A stretch of 31,568 bases of DNA, taken from an uncultured bacterium (GTDB lineage: Bacteria; Bipolaricaulota; Bipolaricaulia; UBA7950; UBA9294). The position numbers and the translations under genes were made by a program. The notes below the pieces were generated by a model, which had not been told where the DNA came from, did no database searches, and saw nothing but the letters and a program-made list of their open reading frames with translations. The stretch covers positions 1-31,568 of the forward strand of contig CAIOLV010000001.1 in the NCBI GenBank assembly GCA_903859225.1, read 5' to 3'. This document shows, one piece after another, positions 24,828 through 31,568 of the stretch (positions are counted from its first letter, which is position 1; the number at the start of each line of letters is the position of its first letter).

Positions 24828-25963
24828 AGCTCGCCGAGTACAAGAACCAGATCTACAGCTGTCTCCGCTGCGGCTTCTGCTTCGACCATGAGGTCGGGAG
24901 CCAGGCGAAGATCTGCCCGTCGCACGTGACGTACGGGATGGAATCCTTCGGGGCACGCGGCAAGCTCGCCATCGCGCGGGCGCTGGTCGATGAGGCGATC
25001 GAGTACGACAGCGACGTTGCACAGCGCGTCTACGCTTGCACCGAGTGTGGCGCCTGCGAAGAGCAGTGCTTCAAGTACCTCGACCTCCTCGGCATCTACC
25101 GTGCGATGAAGGGCGAACTCGCCGAGCGAGACCTCGTGCCGACGGCGCTTGCTGACGTCGCGCGCGCCGCAGAGCGGGAGGGAAACCCCTACGGCCAGGC
25201 GGCGGGGAAGCGCCTCGACTGGGCGCCGGGAAGGGAACGTGTGGGCAAGAAGGCGGAGACCGTCTTCTTCGCCGGATGCACACCGTCCTACCTGCGACGC
25301 GGGATCGCCCGCGGCGCGTACCAGCTCCTCGAGGCGGGCGACGTCGACTTCGGCCTGCTCGCAGAGGAAGTCTGCTGTGGGCATCCGTCCTACGTTGCCG
25401 GGGACCTCGCCGGCGCACGCGCCGCCGTGGCGAGGAATGTGGAAGCGATCGAGCGGTCGGGTGCGACGCGCGTTGTCTTCGCCTGCCCGGGATGCCTCGC
25501 GACCTTCCGCGACGAAGCGCCGGAACTCCTCGGCCGGCCGCTTCCGTTCGAGGCTGTGCACGTGACGGAACTGCTCACCGAGCGGCTGGCTGCGGGATGG
25601 CGCTTGCGCAAGCAATCGCGGGTGGTGACGTACCACGACCCGTGCAACCTCGGGCGAGGCCTCGGGATCTACGACGCCCCGCGGCGTGTCATCGACGCGG
25701 TCCCCGGCGTGCGGCGAACGGAGATGCGCCGGACGATGGCGAGGTCGTTCTGCTGCGGCAACGGGGGATTCGTCCGCTTCGGCTACGAGCCCATGGCGAT
25801 CGAGAACGAAGCGACGCGGCTCGAGGAGGCTGTGGCAACGGGGGCCGACCTCCTCTTGTCGGCCTGTCCGGCGTGCCAGATCGCGTTCCTCGACGCGAAG
25901 AGGCGCGCGAAGGCGGCGATTGAGGTCCTCGACATCGTGGAGTGGCTGGCGACGGCACTGTAG
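24824..25963 (+). CDS. GlcF/HdrD-like Fe-S oxidoreductase (2x[4Fe-4S] plus CCG domains)
   Basis: CLRCGFC..CP, CTECGACEEQC, EVCCG, YHDPCNLGR, FCCG, SACPAC; 379 aa. Confidence 0.9.
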   Translation: MKLAEYKNQIYSCLRCGFCFDHEVGSQAKICPSHVTYGMESFGARGKLAIARALVDEAIEYDSDVAQRVYACTECGACEEQCFKYLDLLGIYRAMKGELAERDLVPTALADVARAAEREGNPYGQAAGKRLDWAPGRERVGKKAETVFFAGCTPSYLRRGIARGAYQLLEAGDVDFGLLAEEVCCGHPSYVAGDLAGARAAVARNVEAIERSGATRVVFACPGCLATFRDEAPELLGRPLPFEAVHVTELLTERLAAGWRLRKQSRVVTYHDPCNLGRGLGIYDAPRRVIDAVPGVRRTEMRRTMARSFCCGNGGFVRFGYEPMAIENEATRLEEAVATGADLLLSACPACQIAFLDAKRRAKAAIEVLDIVEWLATAL

Positions 25964-25975
25964 GACGGAGGCGAG

Positions 25976-27328
25976 ATGGCGACGAGCGAAGCATGGGCCG
26001 CGGAGCTTGCGGCACGGTGGCGGGTCGAGACGGCGTCGGGTGTGATCGTCTATCCCACGTCGGCGGCCGTCGGGGCGATGGAAAACCTCGGCGTCGACAT
26101 GAGGGAGGCCGCGCCCCTGCTTCGTGACGCCGAGGACGCCTTCGCCCGGCGTGACTGGAGCCGCCTCGCGACGGCGCTCGCTCGTGTGAACGGCGTCATT
26201 GCCGCTCGATTGCCGTCCGTGCGGGAGGGCGAGCCGGAGACGTGGGACGAGTACCGCGCGACCGTGCCGGGCGGGGCGCCGGGGCGGGCGCGCTCCGGCG
26301 TGTCGAGCGGAGCGTCGACGGCGGCGCGTTCGGGCATGCCCGTCGACTACGATGATCGCGTGCGCGGAGCCTGGATCGGCAAGTGCATTGGTACTGCGCT
26401 CGGCGATCCGGTCGAGGGCTGGACGAGGGAACGGATCGCCGCCGAGCACGCGCCGATCTCCGGCTACCTCGTGCCGCCGAAGGTCGAGAACGACGACACG
26501 GCGTACCCCATCCTCGTGTTGCACGCGCTGGACGAGCACGGCACAGGGTTCACGAGCGCCGACCTCGCTCTCGAGTGGGTCGCTCATCTTCCGCTCGCGT
26601 TCACCGCGGAGTGGTCGGCGATCGAGAACGTGAAGGCCGGCGTCCTGCCGCCGGACAGCCGATGGGTAAGGAACCCTTGCGGCGCATGGGTCGGCGGGCA
26701 GATGCGAACTGAGATCCATGGGCTGCTCGCGCCGCTCGATCCCGAGCGCGCCGCGGAGTGGGCCTTCCGCGACGCGGTCATCTCGCACTACCGCGAAGGC
26801 ATGGACGGTGCCATCTTCACCGCCGCCGTCACGAGCCTCGCGTTCTCCGGGGAACCGACGGAGACTCTCATCCGCGCGGCCCTTCGCTACGTCCGTCCTG
26901 GAGGCGCGTTCGCGGCAACCGTCGAGCGGACGCTCGACGCCTGCAAACGCCACGGAGACTGGCGTCGGGTCCTGGACGAACTGCGCCCCGATCTCGATCG
27001 CTTCCATTGGATCCACACGCTGCCGAACATCGCCTGTGCCGTAACGGGGCTTGTTCTCGGAGAGCGGGACTTCGAGCGCTCGATCCTGACGACGCTGCAA
27101 TGTGGGTACGACACCGACTGCTCGGCCGGGCAGACGGCGGCGCTGCTTGGTTGCCTGCTCGGTGCGCGCGGGATTCCCGACAAGTGGAGTCGTCCGATTG
27201 GTCAACGACTCACATCGTACGTCGTAGGTTTCGAGGAGATCGAGTTCGAGAAGCTCATCGCGTGGACGACGGGGTGGGGATCGATTCTGGCAGGAGAGCG
27301 CAGTTCGTGGAAGGGGGACGTCGCATGA
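25976..27328 (+). CDS. ADP-ribosylglycohydrolase family protein
   Basis: RVRGAWIGKCIGTALGDPVEG, NDDT, FTAE, GQMR, DA.ISH, HTLPN, GYDTDC..Q.A...G; ~120-aa N-terminal extension; SD GGAGG; 450 aa. Confidence 0.85.
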   Translation: MATSEAWAAELAARWRVETASGVIVYPTSAAVGAMENLGVDMREAAPLLRDAEDAFARRDWSRLATALARVNGVIAARLPSVREGEPETWDEYRATVPGGAPGRARSGVSSGASTAARSGMPVDYDDRVRGAWIGKCIGTALGDPVEGWTRERIAAEHAPISGYLVPPKVENDDTAYPILVLHALDEHGTGFTSADLALEWVAHLPLAFTAEWSAIENVKAGVLPPDSRWVRNPCGAWVGGQMRTEIHGLLAPLDPERAAEWAFRDAVISHYREGMDGAIFTAAVTSLAFSGEPTETLIRAALRYVRPGGAFAATVERTLDACKRHGDWRRVLDELRPDLDRFHWIHTLPNIACAVTGLVLGERDFERSILTTLQCGYDTDCSAGQTAALLGCLLGARGIPDKWSRPIGQRLTSYVVGFEEIEFEKLIAWTTGWGSILAGERSSWKGDVA

Positions 27329-28311
27329 TTGTCGTGCTCGGGAGCGCCAACATGGATGTCGTCACCGAGGTCGCGCGGATGCCGCGCCCGGGCGAGACCG
27401 TTCCCGGGAAGGCGCTGCGCTACTACCCCGGCGGCAAAGGAGCGAACCAGGCGGTCGCTGCCGCGCGCCTCGGCGGCCCAGTCTCGTTCTGCGGAGAGGT
27501 CGGTCGAGACGCGTTTGGCGAGCGACTCCTCGACGCGATGCGAGCCGACGGCGTCGACGTGAGTGGGGTCGAGATCGCAGCGGACGCGGCGACCGGCACG
27601 GCGTCGATCTGGGTCGAAGACGGCGGCGAGAACGCGATTGCGTGCGTTCCCGGCGCGAACGGCGCCGTCGATCGAGCGTACGTAGACCGCATCCTCGCGC
27701 GCATCGCCGCGGCGGACGTGCTTCTCTTGCAGCTCGAGATCCCGCTCGACACGGTGGCGTACCTCTTGAGGCGGCTGCCCGGTGGGCGGCCGCTCGTGAT
27801 CCTGGATCCCGCGCCGGCGCGCGAGTTGTCGGGCCTTCCGCTTGACCGCATCGACGTGCTGACGCCGAACGAGACGGAACTCCGAGCGATCACGGGGATT
27901 GCGGATCCGGCGCTCGCCGCGCGCAGCCTTCTCGAACGCGGGGTCCGCGCCGTCGTGTGCAAGGCGGGCGAACGCGGCGCGATCTGGTTCGGCGTCTCGG
28001 CAACGCGCGTGCCGGCATTCCGAGTCCGCGTCGTCGACACGACGGCGGCCGGCGATGCGTTCAACGGGGCGCTGGCCGTCGCGCTGACGGATCGTCCACT
28101 CCACGATGCGGTTCGTTTTGCCAACGCGGCAGGCGCTCTGGCCACGACGAAACGCGGTGCGCAGCCTTCGCTGCCGCGTCGTGCCGAGGTCGAGGAACTG
28201 CTCGCTGCGTCTGTCGCTGCTCAGGGGACGGCGGAGCTCGCGACGAAGCGGCCCCAGCCTGGGCCGGTGGGAAACTCCCCGTCCGCGAAGACACAACGCC
28301 CGCGGACGTAG
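27325..28311 (+). CDS. rbsK: Ribokinase (PfkB family)
   Basis: GSANMD, PGGKGANQAVAAARLG, PNETE, DTTAAGDAFNG, GAQPSLP; ATGA overlap; ~30-aa C-terminal tail overlaps the convergent gene. Confidence 0.9.
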   Translation: MIVVLGSANMDVVTEVARMPRPGETVPGKALRYYPGGKGANQAVAAARLGGPVSFCGEVGRDAFGERLLDAMRADGVDVSGVEIAADAATGTASIWVEDGGENAIACVPGANGAVDRAYVDRILARIAAADVLLLQLEIPLDTVAYLLRRLPGGRPLVILDPAPARELSGLPLDRIDVLTPNETELRAITGIADPALAARSLLERGVRAVVCKAGERGAIWFGVSATRVPAFRVRVVDTTAAGDAFNGALAVALTDRPLHDAVRFANAAGALATTKRGAQPSLPRRAEVEELLAASVAAQGTAELATKRPQPGPVGNSPSAKTQRPRT

Positions 28312-29600
28312 GTGCGGACCACGGCGCCGCGGACCGCAAGCCCTTCGAACGGCGAGAAGTCCGTCGCCATGTGGAGGTTGGCCGCGGAGAGAGTCCACGC
28401 CTTCTTGGGGTCGAAGAGAATGAGGTCAGCGTCCGCTCCGACGCCAAGCGAGCCCTTCCGCGGCGCGAGGTCGAAGATGCGCGCGGGATTCCCGGACACG
28501 ACGCGCGCGAGCCACTCCAGCGAGAGCCCACGGGCGGCGACGCCTTCCGAGTGCATAAGAGGAAGGAGCGTCTCGACCCCCGGGAGGCCGCAGGGGATCT
28601 CGAGGACGTTGGTCGGGCGCGCCTTGTCGGCGCGGAGGAACGGGCAGTGGTCCGTCGCGACCGTGTCGAGCGTTCCGTCGCTGAGTGCCGACCACAGGGC
28701 GACTCGGTCCTCGGACGTCCGGATCGGCGGAATGACGCTCCACTGCCGCCCATCCTCTCGAGCGTAGACCCGCTGGTCGAGCAGGAGGTAGTGCGGGCAC
28801 GTCTCGGCGGTGACGCGGACGCCGCGTGCTTTCGCCCGCGCGATCACGGCGGCCGCCTCCGCGGTGCTCACGTGGGCGATGTGCAGGCGCACGTTCGCGG
28901 CCTCGGCGAGAGCACACATCCGCTCGACGGCGATCGCCTCGCTCTGTGATGGGCGGCTGCGCGGGAACGACGTCATGCGGCTCCGCTCCGGCTCCGGGAT
29001 CGCGGCGGACGCAGCGGCGATCGCGTCGGGATCCTCGGCGTGCACCATGGCCACACCCCCGACGGCGGAGATGGCGCGGAAGGCGTCAGCGAGTTCCGCA
29101 GGGGTCGAGCGCTCAGCGTACACCGTGTAGAACTTGAAGCTTGTGACGCCCGCGCGGACCGCGTCAGCGATCTCACCCTCGCGATCGGGCCGCCACCCGA
29201 CGACCTCGGCGTGAAGCCCGACATCGACGAGGCTCTGTCGTGCGGTCTCAGCCCTTGCCTGCACCTGCTCGGCGAGCGTCGTCCTGTCCCCAGCGATCGT
29301 GAAGTCGAGGATCGTCGTCACACCGCCGCCGGCGGCGGCGCGGGTTCCGGACTCGAACGTGTCGCGCGTCGTCATCCCGAAGGCCGGGGCCTCCATGTGG
29401 GTATGGCCATCGATCGCGCCGGGAAAGACCAACAGGTTCAGAGCATCTACGCGTTCGGCGCCGTCCAGCCGGGCGCCCAAACGAGCGATGCGCCCGCCGT
29501 CGATTCCGACGTCCGCCTTGACCCACTCGCCGTGGGTCCAGACGCGCCCGCCGGCGATCACTGCCTCATGGTGTCTCTGCCTTCGTCCCATCCCGAGCAT
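28221..29600 (-). CDS. Dihydropyrimidinase / hydantoinase / allantoinase-like cyclic amidohydrolase
   Basis: PGAIDGHTH, AAAGGGVTTILDF, carbamylated-Lys site TSFKFY, VHAED, HVST, ETCPHY, PPIR, ATDHCP, GLPGVET, GADAD; start at 29600 or 29591. Confidence 0.9.
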   Translation of the reverse strand: MLGMGRRQRHHEAVIAGGRVWTHGEWVKADVGIDGGRIARLGARLDGAERVDALNLLVFPGAIDGHTHMEAPAFGMTTRDTFESGTRAAAGGGVTTILDFTIAGDRTTLAEQVQARAETARQSLVDVGLHAEVVGWRPDREGEIADAVRAGVTSFKFYTVYAERSTPAELADAFRAISAVGGVAMVHAEDPDAIAAASAAIPEPERSRMTSFPRSRPSQSEAIAVERMCALAEAANVRLHIAHVSTAEAAAVIARAKARGVRVTAETCPHYLLLDQRVYAREDGRQWSVIPPIRTSEDRVALWSALSDGTLDTVATDHCPFLRADKARPTNVLEIPCGLPGVETLLPLMHSEGVAARGLSLEWLARVVSGNPARIFDLAPRKGSLGVGADADLILFDPKKAWTLSAANLHMATDFSPFEGLAVRGAVVRTYVRGRCVFADGEFPTGPGWGRFVASSAVP

Positions 29601-29787
29601 CTTAGCCGTAGCGGAGTCGCGAGATGCTGTTTCCCCTCGACGGGCGACCGCTGTAGTCTGCGGTGCGGACGGCGTAGGACGAGAATCGGTACCGTGTCTC
29701 ATGCGTGATGGTCCGTCCCGCGGGACGCGGCCGGATGCCAGTTTCGGATTCGGACGGCGGCACGGGCGCCGCTCTGAGGAGGGTACG

Positions 29788-31152
29788 ATGCGAAGGCTCA
29801 GATGGGCGCTGACGGGGGTTGGCTTCTTGGCTGCGGTGTTGGCACTTGGCGGATGCGACCAGCTCTGGCCCCTAGAGGCCAGGATCGCCATCCTGAACTC
29901 GGCGACAGGATACGCTCCGCTCGCCGTGGAGTTCTACGATGCATCGGTCGGGCCGGTCTCCTCGCGCGTCTGGGAGTTCGGCGATCCGGGCAGCGGGACA
30001 AGCAATACGTCGACGTTGCCGTCACCGACGCACACGTACCGCGAGAACGGAATCTACTCCGCGACGCTCATTGTGTACGCTGGCGATGGCCAGTCGAGCC
30101 GCACCACCATTGCGATCACGGTGGCAAACCCCGCGCCGGTCCCGCAGTTTGAGGCAACACCCGATCACGGTCCGGCGCCGCTTGCGGTGACCTTCGACCT
30201 GTCGACTTCGTTCGATCCGGCGGCTATCGTTCCGACGCCGACGGGGGGAGCGATCGTTTCCTACAGCCTTGACTTCGGTGATGGCACCCAGCCGGCCACC
30301 GGCACAAGCATCGGAACATCCATCCACCACACGTATGCGATTCCCGGTTATCGCGTTGCCACGCTCACCGTCGTGGACAACGACGGAGCGAGCGCGAGCG
30401 CGACGCATGTCGTGACCGTCGAGGGTGTCGCGGCAACGCTCGCGGCGCCAGGCGGCGACCCGATTGGCCTCACGTATGACGACGCCTCCCTCTGGGTCAG
30501 CGACTCGACGGCGAAGCGCATCTACAAGATCCGCCCGAGTGACGGCCAAGTCCTCGCATCCTTCGATGCGCCCGGCGGGTCCGTCGTCATCGGCGCGAAG
30601 ACAGATGCCAAGGCCATCATCCCTGGGCCGACAGCCGGCACGCCGGCAGGCATCGCCTGGAATGGAGGCGCGCTCTGGGTGGCCTGCCTGTCCGACGGGA
30701 AGATCTACGAAGTGAACCCGAGCGTCCCGACGACCGATCCGGGTCACATTCTCGCCGTGCTTGAGAGCGCTGCATTCACGCCTTTCGCCCTTGCTTTCGG
30801 CGGCGGCGCGCTGTGGGTGAGCGACATCGGGGCGGGACGGATCTTCAAGGTCGACCCGCTGACCGGCAGCGTCCTCGGATCGATCCAGGCGCCTGGGCTG
30901 GCCCCGACAGGGCTCGAGCCGAGGAACATCGTCCCCGTGGCCCCGACGGGACTTGCGTGGGCGAGCGGCTCGCTCTGGGTGTCGGCTGGGATCATGCTGT
31001 ACCGGGTCGACCCTGCGACGGGTGCGATCCTGGCATCGGTTCCTGCTCCCGGTCCCACACCAGCGGGCCTTGCCTTCGACGGTCTCTACCTCTGGGTTGC
31101 CGATCCGAACGGCACGAACCCTGGGCGCATCGACCGAATCGTCGTGCCGTAG
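29788..31152 (+). CDS. Lipoprotein with two PKD domains and a C-terminal five-repeat beta-propeller
   Basis: Lipobox LGGC; PKD motifs WEFGD...PTHTY..NG.Y and LDFGDG...HHTY..PG; five PxG[LI]A[WFY]xGxxLWV repeats; SD GAGGAGG; 454 aa. Confidence 0.8.
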   Translation: MRRLRWALTGVGFLAAVLALGGCDQLWPLEARIAILNSATGYAPLAVEFYDASVGPVSSRVWEFGDPGSGTSNTSTLPSPTHTYRENGIYSATLIVYAGDGQSSRTTIAITVANPAPVPQFEATPDHGPAPLAVTFDLSTSFDPAAIVPTPTGGAIVSYSLDFGDGTQPATGTSIGTSIHHTYAIPGYRVATLTVVDNDGASASATHVVTVEGVAATLAAPGGDPIGLTYDDASLWVSDSTAKRIYKIRPSDGQVLASFDAPGGSVVIGAKTDAKAIIPGPTAGTPAGIAWNGGALWVACLSDGKIYEVNPSVPTTDPGHILAVLESAAFTPFALAFGGGALWVSDIGAGRIFKVDPLTGSVLGSIQAPGLAPTGLEPRNIVPVAPTGLAWASGSLWVSAGIMLYRVDPATGAILASVPAPGPTPAGLAFDGLYLWVADPNGTNPGRIDRIVVP

Positions 31153-31175
31153 CCCGCGAAGCGCCGTTCCGCGGG
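31153..31175. terminator. Possible hairpin between convergent genes
   Basis: CCCGCG...CGCGGG stem extended by AA/TT with a bulge, in the 28-bp gap; no U-tract. Confidence 0.3.
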
Positions 31176-31180
31176 AGACC

Positions 31181-31568
31181 TCAAGCCGCCTCGACGCGCT
31201 CGGCGAACCGCGCGACGAGGCGGCAGAGCGTCGCGCGGTCAATGAGGCCGGAGGGCGACGGAGTCTCGAAAATCCTCCCAGGGAGGCGGAGGGAGTCGGG
31301 GTTGAAGCCGCAGCTCTTCTTGAATGCCCACTTCCTCTCCAAGGTCTCAGCGCCGATCGCGCGGAGGCGTTCCTCGGTTGCTTCGACTCCGCAACAGGCG
31401 AGGGCGCCCTTCACCACGTCGGGAGAGTAGAGGCCGCGGGCGAAGAAGCAGACGACAAGGCTCGACAGGACCTGCCGCCACGCCTCCTCGGCCACGATCT
31501 CGTCGACGATGCCGTCGTCGGTCGCCGGCAACCCGGCGGCAAGCCGCTTCTGGTCGATCGAGTAGCCG
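31181..31568 (-). CDS. 3' part of a third aldehyde:ferredoxin oxidoreductase-family gene (runs off the window)
   Basis: Frame is open from the window end: GYSIDQKR...WRQVLSSLVVCFFARGLY...LRAIGAETLERKWAFKKSCGF.P..LRLPGRIFETPSP.G.ID, matching an AOR C-terminal domain with the last Fe-S Cys. Confidence 0.72.
   Translation of the reverse strand, partial: GYSIDQKRLAAGLPATDDGIVDEIVAEEAWRQVLSSLVVCFFARGLYSPDVVKGALACCGVEATEERLRAIGAETLERKWAFKKSCGFNPDSLRLPGRIFETPSPSGLIDRATLCRLVARFAERVEAA

Noticed and set aside
29714-29727. 14-bp palindrome CGTCCCGCGGGACG in the divergent intergenic region
   Set aside because: Almost all G/C in a GC-rich genome, with no associated promoter elements or regulator; may be chance.
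29601-29891. N-terminal extensions in the ORF track for the hydantoinase (from 29891) and the PKD protein (from 29299)
   Set aside because: Low-complexity sequence with no homology signal; the two extensions would overlap each other. Family motifs and the SD/lipobox place the starts at about 29600 and 29788.
1-31568. Many long alternative-frame and antisense ORFs in the track (e.g. 24740-27205 -, 15827-17701 -, 19472-21220 -, 8010-9362 -)
   Set aside because: Arg/Ala/Pro-rich shadows of real genes, as expected in high-GC DNA; no family motifs and no ribosome-binding sites.
1-31568. CRISPR arrays, tRNA/rRNA genes, transposases, integrases or phage genes
   Set aside because: None recognisable by eye; the window is almost fully occupied by metabolic CDSs.

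Overview
GC-rich bacterial DNA from an anaerobe. Secreted and lipoprotein signal peptides, PKD lipoproteins, several tungsten AOR-family genes and ADP-forming acyl-CoA synthetase are compatible with Bipolaricaulota/Acetothermia; that assignment is inference only. Four blocks are present. (1) 15-4692: tail of an amino-acid fermentation-type operon (IorB-like subunit, fused ADP-forming acyl-CoA synthetase, HisC-family aminotransferase, metallophosphoesterase). (2) 4767-28311: a ~23.5 kb, 20-gene, tightly coupled operon behind a near-consensus sigma70 promoter and a LacI-type operator. It encodes LacI, a class I aldolase, a secreted phosphoesterase, a CUT1 ABC importer, a sulfite-oxidase-fold secreted protein, a Zn polyol dehydrogenase, a NAD-kinase-fold protein, divergent homologues of the methanopterin C1 enzymes Ftr and Mch, two tandem tungsten AOR-family enzymes, two amidohydrolases, a DHOD/PreA-like flavo-Fe-S protein lacking the catalytic Cys, a GlcD-like gene split by an in-frame TAG, a GlcF-like protein, an ADP-ribosylglycohydrolase and a ribokinase. 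(3) A convergent dihydropyrimidinase-like gene that overlaps the operon end. (4) A PKD/beta-propeller lipoprotein and the 3' end of a third AOR-family gene. The standout is block 2: I recognise no described pathway with this combination. It looks like an uptake and degradation pathway for a ribosylated N-heterocycle (a modified nucleoside or a pterin coenzyme) built from repurposed enzymes. Residue comparisons with reference enzymes are from memory and need checking by alignment.
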